A stretch of 64,000 bases of DNA from an uncultured virus (IMG/VR IMGVR_UViG_3300048839_001435) (lineage: Duplodnaviria > Heunggongvirae > Uroviricota > Caudoviricetes), in the IMG/VR virus record IMGVR_UViG_3300048839_001435; one strand, 5' to 3'. This document shows positions 25,895 through 34,911 of the stretch, piece after piece. The notes under the pieces were generated by a model, which had not been told where the DNA came from, did no database searches, and saw only the letters and a program-made list of their open reading frames with translations. The position numbers were made by a program, and so were the translations under genes. Every line of letters starts with the position of its first letter. Position 1 is the first letter of the stretch.

Positions 25895-26085
25895 GACCGC
25901 CCTCCCTGCCGCCGCCACTCGTGCATTTCGAGCACGAGTTCCGCCAGGCGGTAGGCTCGATTGACGGCATCAATCAGATCATCACGATCCATTTCGTCGA
26001 TGCCATCGCCCTCCGCATTCTCGATGGTTTCGAGGATACCCTGGGCTTCTTCCACCTGCTCCTTGAGGTTTGCGCTCGGGTCCAT
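25891..26085 (-). CDS. small acidic protein (MDPxANL type)
   Basis: MDPSANL...RLAELVLEMHEWRRQGG. Confidence 0.7.
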   Translation of the reverse strand: MDPSANLKEQVEEAQGILETIENAEGDGIDEMDRDDLIDAVNRAYRLAELVLEMHEWRRQGGRS

Positions 26086-26089
26086 GGTT

Positions 26090-26467
26090 CTAGTACCCTC
26101 CCTGCCGCCGCGCGTCCCACGCGGCGACCTCGGCGTCACTGCGCGGCGGGACCAGCCGCGCACGGACCCGCGCCTCGCGGCGCGACTGGCGGCCCGCGTC
26201 GCGGGCCGCGCGCGCGGGGCCGATCGCGTACCCCGCGACGTCCACCGCGGCGCCCCCGGTGGCCGCCTGCGCGGCCACGTAGCGGTAGCGCGCGGCGGCG
26301 GCCGTGAGCCGACCGATCGTGTGCGTCGTCGGGTTACCGACGACGCCGATCGCGGCGGCGATCAGCTCCCGCGCGGCGTGCCGCGCGTCGGGGCGCAGCC
26401 CCCCGGGGGGCTCGGCGAGCGCAACCAGCCGGTCGCGCAACGCCTGAAGCAGCGTTTTCTCGGGCAT
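26090..26467 (-). CDS. Ala/Arg-rich hypothetical protein, first gene of the leftward region
   Basis: TAAGGAG RBS. Confidence 0.6.
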   Translation of the reverse strand: MPEKTLLQALRDRLVALAEPPGGLRPDARHAARELIAAAIGVVGNPTTHTIGRLTAAAARYRYVAAQAATGGAAVDVAGYAIGPARAARDAGRQSRREARVRARLVPPRSDAEVAAWDARRQGGY

Positions 26468-27664
26468 TTCAACTCCTTATCAGCGTGGATAACGCCAGGG
26501 AGCCGGGCACCCCGTAGGGTGTCCGGCTCACTCGCGCGATCCGCGAGCGACCCCAGGGCGCCGCGACACGGGCGCGGCTCGGGGGCTCGGGCCGGGGGCT
26601 GGCCGGGCGGCTCCGCGACCCTCAGTGACGCACGCCTGCGCGCGTCGGGGAGGGGCTCCTACGGGGCCACCCGGCTAGCTCTCGACCTCTACCCCCCCAG
26701 CCGGCCCCCGCGTGACACTCGCGGCGGGGTACTCCAGGCACGCCCCCGAGGGGGCGCGGCTGGCGGCTGGGGTCTCTACGTCTGCCCCACACACGGCCAG
26801 ACTCCGGGGGCGCTACGTGGCGCGAGGGCACCCTGCGACGTGAAGGCCGGACCGTCTGCCGCGCGCCATAGGCGCGCACGACTCCGTCGTACCAATCGAT
26901 CGCAGGACCCGCGGGCTTCCGCGCTGGTCCCAGAGTCACCTCGGATCCGGCCGTTGGCTGCGGGCGCATTGGCGCCCGCAACCCGGATCTCGGGTGGGGT
27001 ATTCAGTTTTTAGCCTGGCGGTCGTACCCCAGCGCACCCATTCGGCCCCGAGAGGGGCCCCAGGCGCGGCGTGCGGCGGGGTCCGTGGCGCCTAGCGTCG
27101 CCGGTCCACGGCTACGCTAGTCGGCAGAGCAGGGGCGCCGCGTCGGGGCGCGCGCACGTTGCGCGCGTGATCCCGGGCGTTTGAGCGCTCCTGGTCCGCT
27201 ACTCCCCTCACCGCAGGCATCACAGGCCGCCACTAGGTAGATCGCAGTCCGGTCCGACGGCTCGCGCCGTCTCGCCTCAAGCAAGATCCACCGTTCGCGC
27301 GGACTTATCCGTACAGATTCCGCGGGCTTGGAGCGCGCTCCCCGTCGGGCGGCCTATGCGGCCCCGGCGGATCCTGCGCTCCTCCTCCGCGGGCTCCGTG
27401 CGGGGCCCGCGTGTGTGGCGACCCTCCCGCGTGCAGCGAGGGGATCCACTCCAGTCTGTCAGAGAGCCGGCCCCGAGAGGGGCCCGTGATGGCCCCCGAG
27501 GGGGCCGGTGGTCGCGCCCCCGAGGGGGCGTCCCGTCGCAGAGAGCGGCGAGACACGACCCTTGTACTACGGTCGATCGCGGCTGTGATACTTCTTTTTG
27601 CACTATTTCACAAGTGCCGGATATCCTTACGGAATTCAGGCGATCTTTTTCGGATCACCCCCTG

Positions 27665-27680
27665 GATCGCAGCCGGGATC
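27665..27680. promoter_or_regulatory. GATC-N8-GATC box
   Basis: GATCGCAGCCGGGATC; variant GATCGCGGCTGTGATA at 27575-27590. Confidence 0.55.
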
Positions 27681-27720
27681 TCCCCTCGGAAGGCGCTAAG
27701 CTATTGAATTGTCAAGTGTT

Positions 27721-28122
27721 CTCGGAAACGCCAGGGATTCCGAGAGGTTGCGAGTCACTCGGCCGGGATCCGAGCGTTCCGTGTCCTACACGGAACCACA
27801 CGGAACGCCATCCGAATACACGAACGTATCACGGAAACACTCGGAAATGCAAGGTTTTCCGTAACTACTCGGAAACACTCGGAAATTTCCGAAATCTCGG
27901 ACGCCAGGATCCGAGATCTTCCGAGCGATCTCGCAAATGTTGCGTAGGTTACGGATAGCTCGGATAATTGTAAGGAACCTTGCGTCTCGAGCTGGGATTC
28001 GTTCGGAAACTTACGGAACGGCTACGGATCCGCTCGGAACTACACGGATCCACTCGGATACGGCTCGGATCCAGGCGCGCCGGCTCGGATCCGGGGGGCC
28101 CTACTCGGATCCCCGGCTCGGA
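27721..28122 (+). repeat. strand-biased, ~10-bp-phased (T/A)CGGA array; origin-like
   Basis: CGGA at 27791, 27801, 27832, 27842, 27870, 27880, 28004, 28014, 28025, 28035, 28045, 28055, 28066, 28086, 28106. Confidence 0.8.
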
Positions 28123-28169
28123 TGGCATTAGCCGCAGGCGATCAGGCGCCAGTGCTAGGCTCCCTTTCC

Positions 28170-28547
28170 GTGCGCCGCGGGCAACACAACAAGGTGACGA
28201 CCCTACTCGACGAGGACCTCCGCAGGTTCCTCGAAGCCGACGCACAAGCCGAAGGCTCGTCGATCTCGGAGGTCGTCCGCAACATCGTCACGCGGCACTA
28301 CTACGGCAGCGCCGCCGTCGCCAAGACGCAGACCGAGGCGATCCTCGAAGTCAAACAGACGATGTACACCTGGCTCCGGTTCCAGATCGCGCGCGCGTTC
28401 CGCGACTGGGAGCAGACGATGCCGGAGAAGTACGAGGAGATCCGCAAGACCGAGCGGAGGTTCACGCGGGACTTCCACGCCAACCGCGGCAACGGTAAGC
28501 TCGGCAAGAAGGTTCGCCGTCCGATCATCATCACCCGCCGCAGCTAG
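28170..28547 (+). CDS. ribbon-helix-helix (CopG/Arc-like) DNA-binding protein
   Basis: KVTTLLDEDLRRFLEADAQAEGSSISEVVRNIV; start uncertain (28122 or 28170). Confidence 0.75.
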   Translation: MRRGQHNKVTTLLDEDLRRFLEADAQAEGSSISEVVRNIVTRHYYGSAAVAKTQTEAILEVKQTMYTWLRFQIARAFRDWEQTMPEKYEEIRKTERRFTRDFHANRGNGKLGKKVRRPIIITRRS

Positions 28548-28585
28548 TGCGGCGCGCTCTTTGACATCCCATCAAGTTTTCGCGA

Positions 28586-29221
28586 TCAGCGCTGACGCAG
28601 CAGCATCAGCACCGTCCCCGCACCGACGCCGACGCCGAGCCAGAAGGAGTTCGAGGCGAGCATCGGCCGAGGACGCGTCGCCCAGAACTTGACGCCCGAG
28701 ACGCTCGCGTCGTCGATGACGCGCTGGAGGAACCGATCCATCGGGATCGGCACCCAAGGCTCGCCGGGGACGCCGACGCCGTAGGGCGGCATGTCGCGAT
28801 GGAAGCCGTCGCGCGGCGCACCGACCTCGATGAGCAGCTCGGGGATGCGCTCCTTGGCGATCTTGAGATCGAGGTGCAAGTGCGGCCCGCTGGAGAGGCC
28901 GGTGTTGCCGCTGTAGCCGATGACCTGTCCCTTGCGGACGTGGTCGCCGAGCTTCACCGCGGTTCGAGATAGGTGCATGTAGCGCGACACCCAGCCCTTG
29001 GCGTGGCGAATGCCGACCCAGATGCCGGCGTCGCCTGACGGCGTGTGCTGCGCCTTGATGACTTCGCCAGACGCGAGCGCCAGGATCGGCGTCCCCTCGG
29101 GGATGCTGAAGTCCAGCCCCGCGTGCTCGCGGCCTCCAGGCCGCGGACGACCCCATCCGCTGGTGACCGTGTACTTCTGCAACGGCAGAAGCGGCGAACC
29201 GAAGTCGATGTCGACGCCCAT
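28586..29221 (-). CDS. M23 family peptidoglycan peptidase with C-terminal membrane anchor
   Basis: HAGLD, RYMHL, GNTGLSSGPHLH; C-terminal FWLGVGVGAGTVLMLLRQR. Confidence 0.92.
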   Translation of the reverse strand: MGVDIDFGSPLLPLQKYTVTSGWGRPRPGGREHAGLDFSIPEGTPILALASGEVIKAQHTPSGDAGIWVGIRHAKGWVSRYMHLSRTAVKLGDHVRKGQVIGYSGNTGLSSGPHLHLDLKIAKERIPELLIEVGAPRDGFHRDMPPYGVGVPGEPWVPIPMDRFLQRVIDDASVSGVKFWATRPRPMLASNSFWLGVGVGAGTVLMLLRQR

Positions 29222-29266
29222 GATCGCCATCCTATCACTGTCAGTCCGGGGAGGTAGACAGTCGTC

Positions 29267-29554
29267 GTGCCGTGCGCTGACTGCAACGCCCCCGTGAGTC
29301 GATCGGCCGTGCGTTGCCGCGCGTGCCACGACCGTCGATGGCGACAAGCCAGCTGGCCCGTCAAGGCGACCCGCGAAGCGCAGCTGGCGCGGCGCCGCGA
29401 GCTGTACCTGTGGCGCAAGCTGAGCGGGTTCTGTGCCTCCTGTCGTCGGTGGCTCGGCCCTGAACCAAGTCACGTGCACTGCCCGCGCTGCCGCCGAAAC
29501 CAGGCGAAGGCTGACAAGCGCCGCCCTGCTGCTAGACGTATGACAGCCGCATGA
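29267..29554 (+). CDS. zinc-finger protein
   Basis: CADC...CRAC...CASC...CPRC; GGAGG RBS. Confidence 0.65.
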   Translation: MPCADCNAPVSRSAVRCRACHDRRWRQASWPVKATREAQLARRRELYLWRKLSGFCASCRRWLGPEPSHVHCPRCRRNQAKADKRRPAARRMTAA

Positions 29555-29570
29555 GGTAAGCTCCGCGACG

Positions 29571-30239
29571 ATGAGTGCGTCTTCCAATGTCATCCGCCTC
29601 GGTATCGGCCTGCCTGCGTACGGCGGCAAGATCGACATGAACGCCAGCCGGATGTGGCTGTCGCTGGGCTACGCCCTGGCGAGCGCCGAGAGCCGGTTCA
29701 CGCTGGCGTTGCACAGCCTCGTCGACGTGTGCGGCGTCGAAGTCGCCCGGAACCGGCTGATGTCAGAAGCGATCGAGAAGAACGTCGACTGGTTGCTCAT
29801 GATCGACGCGGACTCGTGGGTGGACGACGGCTTCGCGGTCTTGCAGGGCATCAGCTCGGCAGCCCGCGCCGGCGCCGCAGCCTACGCGATCCCGACGCCC
29901 CGTCGCGGCGGCGAGGACACGCACCTGATGGTCTACCGTGGCGAGGATCGCCTTGCGGTTCCACGCGCCGAGCTGGAGGCTGCGCGCAGCGCCGATGCTG
30001 CGTCCCCGGCGACGCTGGTGCCGGTCGACGCCGCGGCGACCGCGATGCTGGCTGTCGACGTTCGGTTCGTCGCCGCGAAGATGACCCCGCCGTGGTTCCG
30101 GTTCGAGTGGAAGTACGGTACGACGAGCTTCATCAGCGAAGACCTCGTGTTCTGCCGGTGCATCCGCGAGGCTGGGGGTCAGATCGTCGCGGACGCTGGT
30201 GTGATCGCGCACCATCGTCAGCGCCCCGAGGTGTTGTGA
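29571..30239 (+). CDS. GT-A fold (family 2-like) glycosyltransferase
   Basis: IGLPAY, ARNRL, LMIDADS (DxD), SEDLVFC, H motif. Confidence 0.88.
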   Translation: MSASSNVIRLGIGLPAYGGKIDMNASRMWLSLGYALASAESRFTLALHSLVDVCGVEVARNRLMSEAIEKNVDWLLMIDADSWVDDGFAVLQGISSAARAGAAAYAIPTPRRGGEDTHLMVYRGEDRLAVPRAELEAARSADAASPATLVPVDAAATAMLAVDVRFVAAKMTPPWFRFEWKYGTTSFISEDLVFCRCIREAGGQIVADAGVIAHHRQRPEVL

Positions 30240-30670
30240 CGCCAGCCTGCTACCTCCTCCTGCTCGCCGAGCGCACGAACGTCGTCGTCGACCCGTACAG
30301 ACGGCTTCGGCGCGTGCGTTGGTCGGAGTCCCGAGGGCGGCGCGTCTCTACGATCGACCGCAGCCCGGTCGGCAGCGTCAGCCTGTCGTCCTCGGCCACG
30401 TACTCGTGCAGCTCGCTGCGATCGCCGGATGACTTGGTGTGCTACGGCATCGTCGGGAAGCTGGCGCTCGTCTTGCCGTTCGATCTCAGATACTCGTCGC
30501 CGCACATGCCGTACTACTTCGACAAGGGTTGCCGGCCGAGCCAGAGCGCCATCCGACCTCGCGTCAGCCTGGCGACTTCGGTCCACAACGGGCGTCAGCG
30601 CGGATCAGAGTGCAGTGAGACCGGATGCGGGCCAGCCGATCCAGGTGGAGCGTTTCTGTGGCTACAGTGA
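30236..30670 (+). CDS. possible Arg/Ser-rich orphan protein
   Basis: GTGA overlap with GT stop; odd composition. Confidence 0.35.
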   Translation: MTPACYLLLLAERTNVVVDPYRRLRRVRWSESRGRRVSTIDRSPVGSVSLSSSATYSCSSLRSPDDLVCYGIVGKLALVLPFDLRYSSPHMPYYFDKGCRPSQSAIRPRVSLATSVHNGRQRGSECSETGCGPADPGGAFLWLQ

Positions 30671-31107
30671 TCCTCGGGTTTGGGCAGTACCATCTGCCAC
30701 ACCACGTTCAGCATCTCCAGGAACATGGGCTTCCCAAGGCGTGGCATTTCAGTACGATGTTCGTGTCTCGGGTTCGCACGGAATCTATGACGCCACGGTT
30801 CCACAGCCTCGCGCGTAGCTCCACCGGCATCACGTTCTCGGGACACACTCGTCACGCGGTCGCGACGCCGCCGAAAGTGCTGATCGCGGCCGGGCGACCG
30901 TTCCAGATCTTCGGGTGGAGTTCACGGTGCACGTCGCACCACAAACGTCGGTCAGTGCTGGCCCGCGATCGCGGTCCAGGCAACCGGACGTACAGCTTGA
31001 GCGCCTATCGCGCGCGGCGGTCGTTGTCGGAGTCGCTGTGCACGCGGACGTACACGCCGAGGGGCGTCCCGCGGCGGTTGGATCCACTCGCAGCGGCGCT
31101 AGCGTAG
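30667..31107 (+). CDS. possible Arg/Ser/His-rich orphan protein (region could be structured RNA)
   Basis: GTGA overlap; weak codon bias. Confidence 0.3.
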   Translation: MILGFGQYHLPHHVQHLQEHGLPKAWHFSTMFVSRVRTESMTPRFHSLARSSTGITFSGHTRHAVATPPKVLIAAGRPFQIFGWSSRCTSHHKRRSVLARDRGPGNRTYSLSAYRARRSLSESLCTRTYTPRGVPRRLDPLAAALA

Positions 31108-31381
31108 CTGCGCGAGCACCGTTTGGGTCTTCTGTCCGTGGCGGTGGTGCATCCGCAGCGGATCAGTTGCACTGAGGCTGAAGGAATTCGCCACCAGCCT
31201 CAGGCTGTCGACTACGCTGTGGCGTGATCTCGTCAAGGCGCTAAGCGCCGCGCGGCGCCCGCGGCTGAGCGAACGAGTGCGCCGGTGTACCGCCCCAGCA
31301 CCACTCCGCGACCCGGAATGGGTCAGCCTTACTTTCAGCGCGAGCATCGCTTCGATGTTTACCCGCCTACACGCCCAGCGT

Positions 31382-31870
31382 CTAGCGGATCCGGACGAAG
31401 TCGGCGGAACGTGAGGTCACGTCGAGCAGGTCCTGCGGGGTCGTCGTCGCTGGGTCGAGGTGACGCCAGCTCGGAACACCGAGGAGCAGCACGAGCCGCA
31501 CGCACGTCCACGCCGACGCGGGGCGCAGGCCCGAGCCGCACAGCTCTGGCGGCAGCCAGCGCGAGCAGGCATGCCTGACGATGTCGAGCCAGTCGTAGTG
31601 CTTGCCGCACTGGCGTAGCGCCCGACGGACACCCTCGGAGACGTCGGGAACGATCATGAACTCGGCGACCGGCGGGTACTTGATCTGAAAGTGCTCGCGC
31701 AGATCGAGCGCGACCCGTGGGTGGTCGGCGTGCAACACGAACGGCCCCGCGCCGGAGGCGCTCACGGCGCCGATCGCGACGTGACTCGTCGCGCCGCGGG
31801 TGAACCCGCGGATCGCCAACGACACCAGGTCGTCGCCGGCGGTGAAGATGATCGTCGGGCGGAACGTCAC
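31382..31870 (-). CDS. permuted papain-like (YiiX/NlpC-P60) amidase/protease
   Basis: SHVAI...HA...GKHYDW...WTCVRLV...TPQDL (His before Cys). Confidence 0.8.
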   Translation of the reverse strand: MTFRPTIIFTAGDDLVSLAIRGFTRGATSHVAIGAVSASGAGPFVLHADHPRVALDLREHFQIKYPPVAEFMIVPDVSEGVRRALRQCGKHYDWLDIVRHACSRWLPPELCGSGLRPASAWTCVRLVLLLGVPSWRHLDPATTTPQDLLDVTSRSADFVRIR

Positions 31871-32844
31871 GGGATCCAGTCGTTGCCCTGGTAGAACCGG
31901 ATGAAGTCGATGTCGAACAGAGGCACGCCCATGGCGCTAGCGGTCCCGCGACACCACATCGCGACAGCGTTGATGCCCGTCAGACCGGCCGACACGTACT
32001 CCCCCATATAGAGGCGCCCGCCGTCGTCGAGCACCCAGGCGCGATAGTTGTCGCCGACCTTCTGCAACCCGAGGTAGCCCGAGTAGAAGGCGTAGTCGGA
32101 CCGATTCGTCGCCGCAGCGTTCTGGCGCGTGCCCTCGGAGATGCTCGTGATCGCGCCGCCGTCGCGCCCCCAGAACAACGGCTTGATCACGTTGGCGACG
32201 GCGCCTTCCTGCGTGTTGCAGAGGTTGATCGTCGCGTGGACGGCGAAGCTGAAGCCGCCGCCGCTCTCCTCGAAGAACGACAGCCCAATGTCTCCGCTAC
32301 CCGCGCCCACGCCAGCAGCGTTGACCCACGCGAACCGAAACCGCGTCCACGCGAGCAGGTTCGCTGGGGTCGCCCCACCGAAGTCCGCGGAGTCGATCCG
32401 CTTCCACAACACCGCGTCGGCGCCGGGCTGGATCCGGAGCCACGAGTTCTGCGTCGGGTCGGTCGTGTTGTCCGGATCGCGCAGGTTCTCGAACGACGCC
32501 AGGTTGGTGACGGGCGCGGCGTACGGCGCTGGGCGCGTCGCGAACGACACGGCACCGCCGAGTCCCGTCTGCGTCCAGCCTGTCAGCGCTGTGTCGTTGG
32601 TGTCGAACTCGTCGTCGGCGGGGTGCGGGTTCGTGCGCGGCCCCCACAGCTCGTTGACGACGCCGCCACCGCCGCCCGAGGTGAACAGCTGCCAGTCGGT
32701 GTCGGCCGCGCCGAACTTCTGCCACAGCTCCGTCGTACCGGAACGCGGCAGCAAGCTGCCGATCGGAGCCGCGACGCCCGGCGCGACCGTAGGGTCCGCC
32801 GTGAAGGCTGCTGCGTAGACGTTGCTGAGGATGTTCTTTGCCAT
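31867..32844 (-). CDS. virion fibre/spike with shared N-terminal module and beta-sandwich C-terminus
   Basis: DP...AAPIGS...KFGAADTDW; DDEFD; ends DIDFIRFY (ConA-like). Confidence 0.75.
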   Translation of the reverse strand: MAKNILSNVYAAAFTADPTVAPGVAAPIGSLLPRSGTTELWQKFGAADTDWQLFTSGGGGGVVNELWGPRTNPHPADDEFDTNDTALTGWTQTGLGGAVSFATRPAPYAAPVTNLASFENLRDPDNTTDPTQNSWLRIQPGADAVLWKRIDSADFGGATPANLLAWTRFRFAWVNAAGVGAGSGDIGLSFFEESGGGFSFAVHATINLCNTQEGAVANVIKPLFWGRDGGAITSISEGTRQNAAATNRSDYAFYSGYLGLQKVGDNYRAWVLDDGGRLYMGEYVSAGLTGINAVAMWCRGTASAMGVPLFDIDFIRFYQGNDWIP

Positions 32845-32851
32845 AGAAGCC

Positions 32852-33877
32852 TCACGGCGCGATCGAGATGACGTAGCCGGCGTTGCCGTTGGAGCCTGCC
32901 GCGCCTGTACCGAGGCCGGCGCCGCCAGTGCCGCCCGAGACGTCAGGCGCGGTGCCGACGAGGTCACCGACGATGACTACGCGACCCCCACCGCCGCCGC
33001 CGCCTCCGCCGCTGTTGCCGGACTGGCCTGGCGCACCGTTGCCGCCGCGTGCCTCGATGGCGCCGTTGTTGGTGATCAGCGGCGCGATGATCGCGATGGT
33101 GCCTGCGCCTCCGCCGCCGCCGCCGCCCGAGTTGCCGGCGCCGCTGCCGCCACCGCCGCCGCCGCCGCATCCGGTACTTACCGGAGACGTTCCCACACCG
33201 CTGGCGCCGGTCGTCATGCCCATGCGGTTGCGGATCGCCAAGAAAGTGTAGAAGTAGGGGTTGCCCGACGCGGAAGCGAACGTCGTCGTACCGCCCGTGC
33301 CGCCGGCGCTGCCCGCAGCACCGCCGTTGCCGCCATTGCCCGTGTTGGCGGGCATACTCAGAGGTTGGCTGCTCGCGCTCGATCCGTTGAACCCGGCCCC
33401 CGTCGTGCCGCCACCGCCGTTGGCGCCGCCCGTCAAGCTGTTGCCGTTGGCGCCTCCAGCGCCGCCAGTTCCGGTCGCAGTCGTGCCGTTGTGACGGATC
33501 GTTCCGCCGGGCTCGACCTCGACGGAGACGGTCGCGTAGATCCGGAAGCCGTCGGTCTGCAAGATCGCTCCCGCGGGGACCACAAGTGTCGTGTACTGCG
33601 CGTCGTAGGTCAGCGTCTCGGTACCGACGACGGTGTGGGCGCCATCCTGGCCGGTGCCGTACCAACCGTTGGTCGGGTTGCCTGCACCCAGGACGCTCCA
33701 GTCGGTGTCGGCCGCGCCGGTCTTGAGCCAGAGCCGGCCGTCAACGGTCTGCGCGTAGACCGACGATTCGGGCGCCGCGACGCCGCCACCGCCGTTCGGA
33801 TCCGTCGCGCCGTAGAGAAGTTGTGGCCCGGCGAAGCTCGCCAGGCACAGGGGTGTGTTGCCGACGTGGGTGGTCAT
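32852..33877 (-). CDS. glycine-rich virion fibre protein
   Basis: shared KTGAADTDW module; WYGTGQDG; poly-Gly tracts. Confidence 0.85.
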   Translation of the reverse strand: MTTHVGNTPLCLASFAGPQLLYGATDPNGGGGVAAPESSVYAQTVDGRLWLKTGAADTDWSVLGAGNPTNGWYGTGQDGAHTVVGTETLTYDAQYTTLVVPAGAILQTDGFRIYATVSVEVEPGGTIRHNGTTATGTGGAGGANGNSLTGGANGGGGTTGAGFNGSSASSQPLSMPANTGNGGNGGAAGSAGGTGGTTTFASASGNPYFYTFLAIRNRMGMTTGASGVGTSPVSTGCGGGGGGGSGAGNSGGGGGGGAGTIAIIAPLITNNGAIEARGGNGAPGQSGNSGGGGGGGGGRVVIVGDLVGTAPDVSGGTGGAGLGTGAAGSNGNAGYVISIAP

Positions 33878-33879
33878 GG

Positions 33880-34911
33880 TCAAGCCAGCTTGGTGGTCGT
33901 GAGGCCGGCGCTGCCGTTGGCGCCTGCCGCGCCTGTGCCGAGGCCGGCGCCGCCAGTTCCGCCCGAGACGTCGGGCGCGGTACCCGTGTACGTCTGGGTG
34001 ACGATCCAGACGCAACCGCCGCCCCCGCCACCGCCGCCACCGGCGTCGCCGATCTGTCCCGGAGCGCCGTTGCCGCCGCGCGCCTCGATGACACCATTGT
34101 TGGTGATCGTGGGAGATGCGAGCACGACCGTGCCGCCGCCTCCTCCCCCGCCGCCGCCGGATGCTGCGACTCCTGAGCCACCGCCGCCGCCTCCACCCGA
34201 GCCGCATCGAATCGGAGTCGAACCTTCGAGAGCACGCGACATGAGATAGGTCGGCGCAATGCCCATGCGCCCGAGCGCCTCGGCGTACGCGCTTGTTGCG
34301 CCCGCGACCCCGCCAGCGCCGGCGCTACCGGCGCCGCCAGCACCTCCGCGTGTTGTGTTGACTGCAGATCCAGGCGGCGTCGTACCGCTGACAGCACCGC
34401 CAGTGCTGCCCGCTCCTGCGCCGCCACCATTGCCGCCGGCGCCACCCGTGCCGAGCTGACCCGTACTCGACGCGGCGGCTGCGCCGGCGTTCGTCGTGGC
34501 CGTCACGCCGTTGTTGCGGATCGTTCCACCGGCGTCGATCGTGATCGACGTCTTGGCGTAGATGACGAACCCGTCCGTCTCGACGATCGCGCCGTTCTGG
34601 ACGGTCAGGTTGTCGTAGAACATGTCCTTGGTGAGTGTCGTCGTACCGGCGGCGATCGTCGCGTCGCCGTCGATGGCGGTGCCGTACCAGCCCTGCGAGT
34701 AGCTTCCGCCACCTCCCGAGCCGAACTCGGTCCAGTCGGTGTCGAGCGCGCCCGACTTGCGAAAGAGCTGCGCGGTGTCGGTCTTGAAGTAGGCGCTGCC
34801 GAGCGGCGCCGCGAGCCCGCCGCCACCGGACGGATCCGTCGTGCCGACGTGCAGCTCGGGGCCTCCGACGCCGCCGACGACAAGTGGCATGTTGAGTACG
34901 CCGGTCGCCAT
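33880..34911 (-). CDS. glycine-rich virion fibre protein
   Basis: KSGALDTDW; WYGTAIDGD; poly-Gly tracts. Confidence 0.85.
   Translation of the reverse strand: MATGVLNMPLVVGGVGGPELHVGTTDPSGGGGLAAPLGSAYFKTDTAQLFRKSGALDTDWTEFGSGGGGSYSQGWYGTAIDGDATIAAGTTTLTKDMFYDNLTVQNGAIVETDGFVIYAKTSITIDAGGTIRNNGVTATTNAGAAAASSTGQLGTGGAGGNGGGAGAGSTGGAVSGTTPPGSAVNTTRGGAGGAGSAGAGGVAGATSAYAEALGRMGIAPTYLMSRALEGSTPIRCGSGGGGGGGSGVAASGGGGGGGGGTVVLASPTITNNGVIEARGGNGAPGQIGDAGGGGGGGGGCVWIVTQTYTGTAPDVSGGTGGAGLGTGAAGANGSAGLTTTKLA

Noticed and set aside
28586..29638. 350-aa version of the M23 ORF
   Set aside because: The extension overlaps plus-strand genes; the -10 hexamer and domain start favour ATG 29221
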